From an uncultured Acidobacteriaceae bacterium (GTDB taxonomy: Bacteria; Acidobacteriota; Terriglobia; Terriglobales; Acidobacteriaceae): a DNA stretch of 64,000 nt. A program made the position numbers and the translations under genes. Location of the stretch: contig CALFMO010000063.1 of the NCBI GenBank assembly GCA_937879855.1, positions 13,996-77,995 on the forward strand, read 5' to 3'. Positions 18,228 to 27,660 of this stretch are shown here, one piece after another. Within the stretch, counting starts at the first letter, position 1. The number at the start of each line of letters is the position of its first letter. The notes beneath the pieces are model-generated. The model ran no database searches. It was given only the letters and a program-made list of their open reading frames with translations, and had not been told where the DNA came from.

Positions 18228-18346
18228 ATCGAGCAGCCTGCGGCTGCAAGAAGGCGCAGATTGTTCGAGTTTGTGGTGAGTCACCGAATACGGGTGGCTT
18301 TCCACTGAGCTGCGGCTTGCGCTCTAGACTAGCGAGTTCGGCCGGG

Positions 18347-19320
18347 CTAGTCCTCAATACTGAACGTGAACAGGGAACTCCCCGAGGCGATCGTGATCTG
18401 TTGCTTACCGTTGCTGAGGTAAGTTACCGGACCGGCCGCTATTATGCCGCCCCAAACTGGCGCGCCATAACTCGGCGCCTGTTTCGGAGTCGAGCGCGAA
18501 GAATTGTCCCTCGTTCGTTCCCCCAAATACAACGTTACCGGCGGTCGAGAGAGAGTTGTACGTTGTTGTTTTCTTTAGCGAACCGAGGTAGGCGGTCAGG
18601 TCGTCGAGCTCGACGCGAGGAAGATTGGAAAAGGCAGGCAAGGGAGAGTCTTTTGACACCTCTAACTCGCGCAGATTCTTCTTGAGAAACGACCGCAAAT
18701 TCTCCCGATGGTCCATGATCTGAATTTAGTAAGTATCCTCGTTGAGCCTTACCCCGGAAATTTGTTGGCCGGTAATGTCGACCATCCGTACGGCTCGATA
18801 GGCAGTAATCGATTTAGCGTTCGGGTCGACCATGGCGGTGCGTAGATACGCTGGCGATCGAATGGAGCCGATATCGCTCAACTCGGGTCCTATCCGGCCG
18901 CCTTCTCCGCCTACGATGTGGCAATTCGAGCATCCGATCTGACGAAACAGCTTCGCGCCCGACGATGCATTACCAGGGATGGAGACGCCGCCAGAGGGGC
19001 GGCTTAACGACTTCACGAATGCCACTAACTGCCAAATCTGGTTGGGGGGAATATGAACCCGGCATTTGCGTCCCGGGGATTCCATCGAGGATGGTGTGGA
19101 ATAGAGCTTGATCGCCGGCGCCGTGGCGGAAAACGCCCCGTGTTAAATCGGGCCCGCGGCCGCCTTCGCCGTTGAGTCCGTGGCATTCCGCACAATGCGA
19201 GCGGAATATCTTAGCTCCGAATCTGGCAGCCTCTGGCGAGGATCTCTGCGACTGGTGGGGCTGCGCACCGAGGCAACTCATACACCAAAGGCAAACCACC
19301 AATCTAAATACAAGTTTCAT
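18347..19320 (-). pseudogene. decayed diheme cytochrome c / PQQ-propeller gene
   Basis: Four ORF fragments lie in shifting frames. The first carries a signal peptide plus CAECH (18970..19320). The second carries CSNCH (18726..19085). The third is the cytochrome C-terminal region ELDDLTAYLGSL followed by a propeller blade NVVFGGTNEGQFFALDSETGAELW (18405..18716). The fourth is the last blade GPVTYLSNGKQQITIASG (18347..18532). There is a frameshift at a G6 run near 19040. An in-frame TAA at 18726-18728 reads NEDTY*IQIMD and aligns with NEDTFSVQLLD of the intact paralog at 63146. A second frameshift lies near 18460. Most of the propeller is missing. Confidence 0.75.
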
Positions 19321-19369
19321 TCCGATGTCGACCCCATTTTTGGACGTCCAACAGACGGACACAGCTGTA

Positions 19370-20233
19370 TTACGTAGAGCTTTTCATTGCATGCTTGTCG
19401 GAAGAAAGCTCTTGTAACTGGTAAAGGGAGGCAATCGTGGCAGGATATTTCGGAATTGGTATCGCGTGGCTTGAGAACCGGGCAACACTCGCTGGTTCTC
19501 CTCTTACAAGTCTGGCGTGCAACTCGTTGATGACGGTCATCTCACCAAAGTAAATAGGGAAAGCGTCAGCAGCATGATAGCTGAGGATCAGCGTGCGGCG
19601 GGGATGCTTTGAAGAATTTGTCGTCGAGGAGTGGGGCGTCATGCCGTGCATAAAAATCGCCGTGCCGGCGTTGCCCTCGATCGGAATCGCCCGTGATTCG
19701 TCAACCGGTTCAGTGATCTTGCCGAGGAATACTTGATCTCGCGAATGATCGATCAGCGGGCGCGTATGCCACTCTGGGATTACCTGCAGACATCCATTCG
19801 ACGAGTCCGCGTCGTCAAGATACACGAGGACAGCCAGCGAATCAGTGTTGGTGAGGGGATAGTAGGAAATATCCTGATGCCATTCAACCATTGATCCGAT
19901 CGCCGCAGGTTTCATATTGATCTTGCTGTAGTGGAAAACGAGGTTGTGCCCTATCAGCTGCTCAACCCGGTCGAGCACTTTCTCGGAATTTGAAAAATCC
20001 CGGAATCGCGAATAATACGTGCAAGGTTCGTAGATCCGGCGGACCAGCACCCCATTGAGCGCCTGGAGGGGCTCCATTTCGAGCCTTGCTCTGTCGTGAT
20101 TTTCCAGGGTGCTGCCCCGACAAATGACCTCAATATCTCGCAGAAACTCGGAAACCTCGAGCTGGCTTAGCAAACCAGGGGCGCTTGTCCACCCTTCCTT
20201 CTTGTATTGTTCCATCTGATGATGTTCGAGCAT
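19370..20233 (-). CDS. phytanoyl-CoA dioxygenase (PhyH) family Fe(II)/2-oxoglutarate oxygenase
   Basis: WHQDISYYPL...YLDDADSSNGCLQVIPEWH and HGMTPHSSTTNSS..RRTLILSY are typical PhyH motifs. ATG 20233 is preceded by AGGAAG. The listed ORF extends to 20350, but that extra N-terminus has no ribosome-binding site and looks non-native. Confidence 0.8.
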   Translation of the reverse strand: MLEHHQMEQYKKEGWTSAPGLLSQLEVSEFLRDIEVICRGSTLENHDRARLEMEPLQALNGVLVRRIYEPCTYYSRFRDFSNSEKVLDRVEQLIGHNLVFHYSKINMKPAAIGSMVEWHQDISYYPLTNTDSLAVLVYLDDADSSNGCLQVIPEWHTRPLIDHSRDQVFLGKITEPVDESRAIPIEGNAGTAIFMHGMTPHSSTTNSSKHPRRTLILSYHAADAFPIYFGEMTVINELHARLVRGEPASVARFSSHAIPIPKYPATIASLYQLQELSSDKHAMKSST

Positions 20234-20342
20234 CTCGATCTTCCTGTCTGCCCTTTGCTTTCCCGACAAGTTAGTGTTTGTCGGGACCGGCAGCATCTGG
20301 GCTTGACGAACCAGAGTCTTGCCGCGACCCGTACATAATAGA

Positions 20343-20368
20343 TGAAACATAATGTTTCACAAACAATA
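20343..20368 (-). promoter_or_regulatory. GAAAC/GTTTC element site b
   Basis: TGAAAC-ataat-GTTTCA lies at 20343-20359. On the minus strand a TATTGT hexamer (plus-strand acaata, 20363-20368) lies 3 nt upstream of the palindrome. I found no convincing -35. The site is about 110 nt upstream of the PhyH start and also upstream of the divergent APC permease gene. Confidence 0.4.
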
Positions 20369-20481
20369 AAAATCGGATATCGTGAAGCAGCGAGGAACGC
20401 TTTGTTTGGCTCAATTACCGGGCGAAGCCCCCGTGAGTGAACGGGCAAATAATTGAAGAGAGAAAGGGACCGTAATTCATC

Positions 20482-21957
20482 ATGCGCACAAAGGACAATG
20501 CCGGCAAGGCCACCCGGCTAAAGAGTGGACAGATCAGTCCTCTGGGTCTTGCCGCCTTAGCAATTGGCATTCTGTCGCCTGCTCTCGGTCTCTTTGCATT
20601 ATGGGGCCCGATGCAGGCAGCGGGCGGGCCGATCTCTCCCCTGGTTTTTCTCGGTGCAGCCGCCCTCGCCTTGCCCACGGCGATCTCTTACGCGGTGTTG
20701 AATCAGGAAGCTCCCTCTGCGGGCGCGGCTTCCACTTGGTTGTGGCGGGCAGTGTCGCCGGCGGTTGGCTACCTCATTGGGCTCACAATGACCACTTATT
20801 TTGTACTTGCCGCATTGGCACAGCCTCTATTATTCGGTCTGTTCTTTCGCGATCTACTGGTTTTCTTCGGACTGCCGGACTTTGGACTGGTGGCTCTGAT
20901 TCTAGCGATTCCCGTAATCAGTTTGCCCGTGATGTGGGCTGCTTATCGCGGAGCCGAAGCCTCCACACGAGTGGCGGTGACGCTGATGATCATTGAATCA
21001 GCCGTGGTCATCGCCTTATCGGCAACGATTCTGTACGTGAAGAGCGGCGTGCCAGGCGGTGTTAATGCGACACCCTTCAATCCGCTCGCGGCCACCCATG
21101 GATTTCAAGGCTTTTGGACCGCCATGCTGCTCGGAATTCTTGCCTACTGTGGTTTTGACGTGGTTTCCACCGCCGCCGAGGAAACGAATGCGCCCCGCGA
21201 ACATCTGCCCAAAGCGATTCTTCTGACCATTGTTGGCATCACGATTTTCTGGGCTCTGAACGCGTGGGTTTTCACTTTGGCGATACCCCACGAGAAAGTC
21301 GTCGAGTATTCCTCGCAGGGTCTGACCGCTGTCACACCAATGGCCCGTGAGTTTTGGGGGAAAGGCAGCCTGCTCATCATCTTGACGGCCTTTACCGGAC
21401 TCTTTGCGGTGTACATCAGTTGTGTGCTGGGAGCCTCGCGCATCATTTTCGCATTGGCCCGCCACGGATTGTTGCCACGCGCCCTCTCGGAGCTGGACGG
21501 TTCGGGGCGTGTGCCCACGAATGCGGTCCACGCCGTGTTCGGCCTGGTGATGCTCGGAGACGTCGCCGCGATACTCATTCTGCGTAACGGCCTTGCCGCT
21601 TTCACCTGGTGGGCGAACGCAATGGTGTTTTTTGCCACACTCACCTTTGCCGCAGTCAATATCGCAAACATCTTCTACTTCCGTCGGATCGTCCGGGAAC
21701 GATTCAGGCCGTGGCCCAATTTAGTTGTTCCAGTATTTGGGGCGATCTCTACGTTTTATGTTATGTATGAAACATTCTTCGTGGCGTTATGGAACGCTGA
21801 CTTTCGAACCGGACGCAGTGTGGTGATCTTCAGCGTTCTTCTGTTTCTTCTTTTCATACTGATCGTTGGCGGGATGGCGATGAAATCGCCGCTTCGTCTG
21901 CAAGGCGAAGCTCCAATTGAAGCGGATTCCACACGGACCGCTTCGGTCATTACCTGA
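20482..21957 (+). CDS. APC-family amino acid/polyamine permease
   Basis: 491-aa ORF with about 12 hydrophobic segments. Composition and length are typical of amino-acid permeases of the APC superfamily. Confidence 0.75.
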   Translation: MRTKDNAGKATRLKSGQISPLGLAALAIGILSPALGLFALWGPMQAAGGPISPLVFLGAAALALPTAISYAVLNQEAPSAGAASTWLWRAVSPAVGYLIGLTMTTYFVLAALAQPLLFGLFFRDLLVFFGLPDFGLVALILAIPVISLPVMWAAYRGAEASTRVAVTLMIIESAVVIALSATILYVKSGVPGGVNATPFNPLAATHGFQGFWTAMLLGILAYCGFDVVSTAAEETNAPREHLPKAILLTIVGITIFWALNAWVFTLAIPHEKVVEYSSQGLTAVTPMAREFWGKGSLLIILTAFTGLFAVYISCVLGASRIIFALARHGLLPRALSELDGSGRVPTNAVHAVFGLVMLGDVAAILILRNGLAAFTWWANAMVFFATLTFAAVNIANIFYFRRIVRERFRPWPNLVVPVFGAISTFYVMYETFFVALWNADFRTGRSVVIFSVLLFLLFILIVGGMAMKSPLRLQGEAPIEADSTRTASVIT

Positions 21958-21972
21958 AAACGGTTAACCTTG

Positions 21973-23484
21973 TCACTGCTTCAGAGCCACCACAGTCACA
22001 GCGGACGGCGGAAGATGAACAGTATCCTTCGCGAGCTTTTGCGCTACCGGGGCTGTCGTAGTCGATTGGTCCACGCGTTGCTCGTCGCCGCCGGCCGCGC
22101 CGTCGATAGTCACCTCCAGCCCTCGATCACGCTTGTTAACCAGTAGTACCTTGCGTTTGCCCTGGGGGGTGATAAATCCCTGGGCGTATATTTGCACCGC
22201 TGGGTCGGGCTGCATAATTTCATCGGCCGCGTTCGGCTCAATGATCTTGTCACCCGGACCAAAATTATCGTGCAGCACCTTTACCACCCAGTAGCGGGCA
22301 TTGGGTTCACCGGTTTCCCAATTGACAAGCGTTGTGCTGGCAAACTGGCCGGGATAATCGATCAACTCGGCAGCGGTGATGATGTCGATACCCTTCGCCG
22401 CCAAATGTCCATAGACATACGCCCAGACCGCGCCCGACAAGTTCCAGAAAGAAGGGGGAATAGGCTCCGCAGGCTTCACTGCTTCGGCTGGAACTAATAT
22501 CGATCCTAATTCGGTGATATCGGTTTTTGCCTCCGGTAAGAAACGCTTGCGAATGGCTTCGATGTAGCCGACGGCGGTCAATATCCGGTCAGCCTGGCGG
22601 AAAATTGTGTACTGCATGATTTCCGGGGTCTCATCCGATTCGGAAAAGGTGTAGAAGTGATAGGAAACGATGTCGACCGGAATCCCGGCCTGGTGATTCT
22701 TCGGATCGAAGAAATACGTGACGAACTGGGGAAGGTTCGCGGTATCGGAAAGCGTCGGTCCCATGAACTTCATATTGGGAGCGATCTTCCGGACGGATGC
22801 TACACTGGCGTCGTAGAGTGCCGTGAGATCTTCCGGACTGAAGCGCTGGTCTTCCTCATTAAGCGGCTCCCAGTATTCGAAGTCGTAAGCATGTCCCGAA
22901 GGATGCCAAACGCCCAACTCATCCTTGAAACCGCCATTAAGGTACCAACCCGCCACACGCGCCTGATAGGCGGCAAGTAGCTCCGCGCTCGACGGGCTCA
23001 CCTTCCCGTCTCTCGAATAGGTCCAATCAATCGCTTGGGGGTCCTCCGGGTAAAGGTTGGGAGTAGGCGTTGTGAGCATCCAGGATGGGATTGTGCCCGC
23101 CTGGAACACGACCGGATGTCCGGCAGTCGCTTTCATAAAATCGTCGATCACGTCATCCAGGAGATTAAAGTCCCAATACGTCTGGCTTTTATCCGGAGGC
23201 CGCAGTTCGGCGACCGCTAACTTAGGATAGGGGAACCAAGGCTGGATACGTGAGTAGTCGGCATTGAGGTCATGCAGCGCCTTGTAAAGCTTGTCGTGGA
23301 TAGGCTGGCCGCGGTAAAGCGGTGGCTCGGGGCAGTCCTGAATTGCGATATTTGACTTGGATATGGCAACGACTTTATCCCAATGGAGCACCAACTTGAT
23401 GTCGGATTCAGCTACTGGAGCCGCGAAACGTGGCAAGGGTCCAATGACAAATAGCAAGATCAAGATTCGATGGAGACCGCTCAT
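21973..23484 (-). CDS. secreted clan GH-A glycoside hydrolase (GH39-like), paralog of 38981..40513
   Basis: 503-aa ORF with a signal peptide (MSGLHRILILLFVIGPLPRFAAP). YWEPLNEE is a candidate acid/base NE motif, and SYHFY is also present. It aligns clearly along its length with the 510-aa protein at 38981..40513 (RIQPWFPYPKLAVAEL vs RLSPWYPYPRLAVLEL). Confidence 0.7.
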   Translation of the reverse strand: MSGLHRILILLFVIGPLPRFAAPVAESDIKLVLHWDKVVAISKSNIAIQDCPEPPLYRGQPIHDKLYKALHDLNADYSRIQPWFPYPKLAVAELRPPDKSQTYWDFNLLDDVIDDFMKATAGHPVVFQAGTIPSWMLTTPTPNLYPEDPQAIDWTYSRDGKVSPSSAELLAAYQARVAGWYLNGGFKDELGVWHPSGHAYDFEYWEPLNEEDQRFSPEDLTALYDASVASVRKIAPNMKFMGPTLSDTANLPQFVTYFFDPKNHQAGIPVDIVSYHFYTFSESDETPEIMQYTIFRQADRILTAVGYIEAIRKRFLPEAKTDITELGSILVPAEAVKPAEPIPPSFWNLSGAVWAYVYGHLAAKGIDIITAAELIDYPGQFASTTLVNWETGEPNARYWVVKVLHDNFGPGDKIIEPNAADEIMQPDPAVQIYAQGFITPQGKRKVLLVNKRDRGLEVTIDGAAGGDEQRVDQSTTTAPVAQKLAKDTVHLPPSAVTVVALKQ

Positions 23485-23589
23485 TTAAAGACTCCCGTTT
23501 TCGGCGTCGCCCGTTAACGCAGCTCAATTTTGATCAAGCATTTCTAAACTGGCGGGTTACTCGCTCAATTGCCGACCTCGATCTCACCT

Positions 23590-25584
23590 TCACGATTCGA
23601 CTATGGGTAGAACAATGTGCGATGGCCGATTCGAATTATGAAATATCGTTTGAGAAGCTTTTTTCAATTGAGTCTCCTCACCGAAGCGCCCTCCAGTGTT
23701 GGGATTGCGGTCATACTTGGGGAAGTTGCTGCTGGAAATCTCCACCTGAATCCGATGTCCGTTTTTGAAAACATGGCTTACTGACCATAGGTCGATGGTG
23801 TATTCGTAGTTTTTACCGGGAGTGATGAGTTCCTGCTTCTTGAAAGAATTTCGGTAACGCGCTCGTATGATTCCCTCGCGAAGTATTTGAGCGTAGCCGT
23901 TGGGGTACACATCGACGAGTTTGGCTGTAAAGTCGGTATCCGGGGCGGTGGAAGCTGCGTACAGCGTGCACAGGATGCGGCCGGTTACTTCTAAATCCTT
24001 CCCGACCGGTTCGCTGGTATAAACCAGAATATCGTTTCGACCTTGCACTAAGCGCTGGTCCCGCGGGCCGTCCGAATTTGGAATGCCATAACCCTGCCAC
24101 TGCTCAATACATCCGTAGGTCGGCACCGGATCCTGCGGATCATAGACGAAGTCATCGCTGGCTGCGCCTTTGGAAGGCTCGGTGGTCAGAATCCCGTCTC
24201 CATAGCGGCTGTTCGCATGCCCCGAACTTCCGAAATAATATTTCGTCGGAACCGCCCGGCTCAGCGGCCAATCCACTTCCTTCCGCCACTCGTTTTCGCC
24301 CATCACAAAAATGTTTACGGGCGGCTCGTCGAGCATGCCGTTTTCGATTCCTTTTAGCCAGTAGTCATACCAACGCAGCTCAATCGGCTTTTGAAAAAAC
24401 AGGTCCCATCGTAGATCGGGGGGAAGATCCTCAGCGCTCGCCTGGACGCCGAAGTCGATATCGCCCACTATGCGACGGCCGGTTGCGTGCTCCCAGGGGC
24501 CGACAATCAGATGGTGCTTCTTGCGCAGCGCTTCCGGGCCGTACTGGTTCATTCCCAGATAGCCGTTGATTGTGGCCTGCGAAACCTGGTCGTACCAACC
24601 CGTAATGTTTAATGTGGGCACTTTAACCTGCGGATATCTGCCGGCACTCATTTCCCCGACTTTGGGCCGGTCGCCCACGCTGAAGCGCCAGTAATAATCG
24701 TTGTCTGGATGCTCCATGAAGTCTTTCCAAAGCTCGGTACTCTTTCCCAGCAGCACTTCGTCGATGGATTTTACGGGAAGATGATGAACCGCTTTGTTCC
24801 AGTCGAACCAATCGGTTTCGAGATTGAAGTTGTTGGTCCGGCTCCCGCCGAGAACAGCGAGTATGTGCATGCTGTTGGTCAGCTGGAATGCACCGTTGGG
24901 ATAGATGTTGTCGTGGTGATCGTCAGGGCTGCAATACGGAATGATCGTGCTCAAGTAAGGGCTACCTTCGGTGGCTCCCATCCACTGCGTGAATCCGAGA
25001 TATGACGGACCCGCCATGCCGATCTTGCCCGAACTCCATTTTTGCACGCCGATCCAATTCAGACAGTCCTGCACATCCTGGCCTTCATATCCACCCTTGC
25101 GCCAATCAGTGTGCCAAAAGAAATAAGGATCACCGCCAGAGTCATATCTCCCTCGGCAGTCAACTGTGATGACCACATACCCGCGCGGCACAAAGTATTT
25201 CGCTCTCGAAATAGCGAAGCCGGTGTTTGATTTGTCGTAGGCGTAGTGAAGATAAACGACCGGGAAGTTCCCTTCTGCCTTTGGCCGCCAGATGTTGGCC
25301 GCGAGCATGACCCCGTCCCGCATGGGGATTTTCATATTGAATTCAAACTGGATTTCATACTGCGGCTGCGACAACTTGCTTACCCAGGACGGATCAGCTC
25401 GCACGAACCAGGGCTCGTTGCCCGAATTTGTAGTGACTGAGTCGGCGGGGTCGAGATCCGCGGCACCGGGTTTTGCGGCTTCCGCTTCCGCAGCCAGCGA
25501 AGCTGGAACCACGGGGAGCGCGGCTGCTGCCACGCTGGCTACTCCCTTCATAAAGTCACGCCGGCCCAGCGATTCATTGGACAT
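23590..25584 (-). CDS. Tat-signal CocE/NonD family hydrolase (S15 X-Pro dipeptidyl-peptidase-like), paralog 1
   Basis: ATG 25584 is preceded by GAGGAGAG. The twin-arginine signal is MSNESLGRRDFMKGVASVAAAAL. The nucleophile elbow is GPSYLG. The conserved C-terminal jelly-roll ends HRIQVEISSSNFPKYDRNPNTG, as in CocE/NonD proteins. Confidence 0.85.
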   Translation of the reverse strand: MSNESLGRRDFMKGVASVAAAALPVVPASLAAEAEAAKPGAADLDPADSVTTNSGNEPWFVRADPSWVSKLSQPQYEIQFEFNMKIPMRDGVMLAANIWRPKAEGNFPVVYLHYAYDKSNTGFAISRAKYFVPRGYVVITVDCRGRYDSGGDPYFFWHTDWRKGGYEGQDVQDCLNWIGVQKWSSGKIGMAGPSYLGFTQWMGATEGSPYLSTIIPYCSPDDHHDNIYPNGAFQLTNSMHILAVLGGSRTNNFNLETDWFDWNKAVHHLPVKSIDEVLLGKSTELWKDFMEHPDNDYYWRFSVGDRPKVGEMSAGRYPQVKVPTLNITGWYDQVSQATINGYLGMNQYGPEALRKKHHLIVGPWEHATGRRIVGDIDFGVQASAEDLPPDLRWDLFFQKPIELRWYDYWLKGIENGMLDEPPVNIFVMGENEWRKEVDWPLSRAVPTKYYFGSSGHANSRYGDGILTTEPSKGAASDDFVYDPQDPVPTYGCIEQWQGYGIPNSDGPRDQRLVQGRNDILVYTSEPVGKDLEVTGRILCTLYAASTAPDTDFTAKLVDVYPNGYAQILREGIIRARYRNSFKKQELITPGKNYEYTIDLWSVSHVFKNGHRIQVEISSSNFPKYDRNPNTGGRFGEETQLKKASQTIFHNSNRPSHIVLPIVES

Positions 25585-25687
25585 CTTCTCTCCTCGTTTC
25601 GATCTTTGTCTGACTAGCTTCGCGGCTCGGATCAAATTGTTGACCGACATCTACAGCCAGATGGAGCTAACAACACAGAAGTTACGA

Positions 25688-27400
25688 TTAGCGTCCGATC
25701 AGGGCGACCTGTTTGGACTCGGCGTGGCGAACACGGACTATGTAGTCGCCGCCGCTCAATGCCCGCAAGGTGTATCCCGCCTGTTGGAGATCGCTTCGCT
25801 CATTCAGCATCTTGTCTCCTGCCATGACCCGGAATGGTTTGAAGCTCAATCGCAGTACGGCTACTCCACGATCGTCGAAGGTCTGGTATGCGACCTTGCG
25901 GTCTTCGTATTTCACATTCTGAACAACAGAAGAGGAGCGCAGAAGATGATTCTGTCCAATAGGTGCCAAGTCGGGAATGGCCCCCATGGCCCACATGAGA
26001 TTCCGCCCGGCATCGGCGTATCCATCTTCAAACCAGTACGTAGAGCCATGACTAAGTCCGCAGCAGGCAAACTTGCCGTCGGAACTCATGAAGTAGGTTG
26101 CATAATTCAGGGAGCGGAAGGCATTTTCTCGCGCGTTGGCATCGCCGGTTTTTTCGTAATACAGGGCGTTGATGGCCCCCCAGGCTGCGGTGCGGCAACT
26201 CAACCCCGCCCTCGAGCAACAACTGAGGCCGCTGAGGCCGGGGATTGGCACTATTGCATGCTGCTGCTCGTCGATTGCCCAAGCCCCGAAAAAGGGTCCA
26301 CGTCCGAGCATGCCGCGACTTCGATCCAGCAAGTATCCGACGTGAGTCTGCCAGGAGCGCAACGCTGTTGGATTAGGGTCAAGGCTCGCCGGATCATTGT
26401 GGGTAAGGATGTAATACGCGGTCATCATGGAGCTTTGGTCATTGACATTCAGCGTATCTTTGGGGACATCTTCGTAATAGCCTGTCCACAGGTCCGAAGA
26501 TGGATTCTCGGTGAGTTGGATGGTAAGAATCCAGTTCCAAGCGAGATCCCGCGTCTTTCGAAAGCCTGCTATGTCGCCCGCGCCGATGCGGATTAGTTCG
26601 TCAAATAGTCTGACGGAAGCGACGATCATGCCCCCAAACTCTTCACGGTCAATTACCTCGCCGCTGTGGGCATCGACACGAAAGGGCCAGGGAGTGTGGT
26701 CCGCATCCCCTGGACGGACATGTTTAACGAGGGCGTCGGCGCAACGCAATCCCGCGTCCAGGTATTTCCGCTCGCCGGTTATTTCATAGAAATACACGTA
26801 GCCAAGGCCGAGTTCCGCGATCTTGTCAGTTTCGATTCCGCCGTAGAATTGGGTTGGCATGTCGGAGATGCAGCGCCCGTATTCTTTATCGCCGGGACAC
26901 GACGTGGCGAATGGAACCCCAGCCCAATTCCAATCATTTGGCGTGGTTCCGTGGGCCATTTGGTAATCGAGCATTTCGCGAATGACGGGGATGGCTTCTT
27001 CGTCCCCCGAATATGGATACCAGTTCACCAATTCGTCCACGAGGTGAGCGTATAAACTTGCGGGGTTATGCTGGTAAACAACCCCTTGCAGATTTTCTTC
27101 CTGGAAGATAGGAAACGTCAGATAGATCTTGAGGTTTGTGCCTTTCGCAGTATCCAGCGGAACTTTGTGTTCTAGAAAATCCCACGTCAATCGCAAAACC
27201 TGGTCGTAACCGAGATTTCTCTCCGGGTGGTACCAAGCCAAAAGCTTGTCATGAGAATCCAAAACGACGTCGTGCCAGGGCATTTGAGCATTGAGGTAGT
27301 TAGGGTCTTGGGCCGCAGACGAGCAGACCCAGAAAAAGACCCCCCAACTGCCGCATAGAAAGGCTCGGACGAACCAGTGGCGGACCTTAAAAGATTTCAT
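25688..27400 (-). CDS. secreted helical-repeat ((alpha/alpha)-toroid-like) protein, putative glycan-active enzyme
   Basis: ATG 27400 is preceded by AAGGAGG. The signal peptide is MKSFKVRHWFVRAFLCGSWGVFFWVCSSAAQ. The 570-aa product is Trp/Tyr-rich and helical. I cannot assign a family. The listed ORF start at 27484 lies inside the upstream palindrome and lacks a ribosome-binding site. Confidence 0.75.
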   Translation of the reverse strand: MKSFKVRHWFVRAFLCGSWGVFFWVCSSAAQDPNYLNAQMPWHDVVLDSHDKLLAWYHPERNLGYDQVLRLTWDFLEHKVPLDTAKGTNLKIYLTFPIFQEENLQGVVYQHNPASLYAHLVDELVNWYPYSGDEEAIPVIREMLDYQMAHGTTPNDWNWAGVPFATSCPGDKEYGRCISDMPTQFYGGIETDKIAELGLGYVYFYEITGERKYLDAGLRCADALVKHVRPGDADHTPWPFRVDAHSGEVIDREEFGGMIVASVRLFDELIRIGAGDIAGFRKTRDLAWNWILTIQLTENPSSDLWTGYYEDVPKDTLNVNDQSSMMTAYYILTHNDPASLDPNPTALRSWQTHVGYLLDRSRGMLGRGPFFGAWAIDEQQHAIVPIPGLSGLSCCSRAGLSCRTAAWGAINALYYEKTGDANARENAFRSLNYATYFMSSDGKFACCGLSHGSTYWFEDGYADAGRNLMWAMGAIPDLAPIGQNHLLRSSSVVQNVKYEDRKVAYQTFDDRGVAVLRLSFKPFRVMAGDKMLNERSDLQQAGYTLRALSGGDYIVRVRHAESKQVALIGR

Positions 27401-27463
27401 CGGGCCCTCCTTAAGTGATGGCGAGGTTTCCAGAATCACCGATCGGTGCTGCCCCAAAAACAT

Positions 27464-27525
27464 ATGTGAAACGAACTGTTTCACATGAAAGATCGGAGAA
27501 TACGACCACTTATACTCCTTGTCAA
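27464..27525 (-). promoter_or_regulatory. sigma70-like promoter with GAAAC/GTTTC element site c just downstream of -10
   Basis: On the minus strand, TTGACA (27525-27520) is followed by a 17-nt spacer and TATTCT (27502-27497). After 10 nt comes the palindrome ATGTGAAAC-gaact-GTTTCACAT (27464-27486, 9-bp arms). Confidence 0.55.
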
Positions 27526-27660
27526 GATTAGACTAAGAATCAGCGGGAATAGGCCGGAAGTTCAGTCAGTAGAGTCAGGGAGCCGATCCTAACGCAGTCT
27601 GGTTTTCGATACCGAGAGCGCTGCGTACCTACAGAGTCACAAGATGCGGTGGATAGAATC

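Noticed and set aside
18233-18247. Perfect hairpin GCAGCC-tgc-GGCTGC right after the class II aldolase stop
   Set aside because: The stem is only 6 bp and no T-tract follows, so I cannot call it an intrinsic terminator.
25292-26596. 434-aa ORF on the plus strand
   Set aside because: It lies antisense to two well-supported minus-strand genes (the CocE/NonD gene at 23590..25584 and the secreted protein at 25688..27400). It is Ala/Gly/Arg-rich and low in complexity, with no ribosome-binding site. This is a typical shadow ORF in GC-rich coding DNA.
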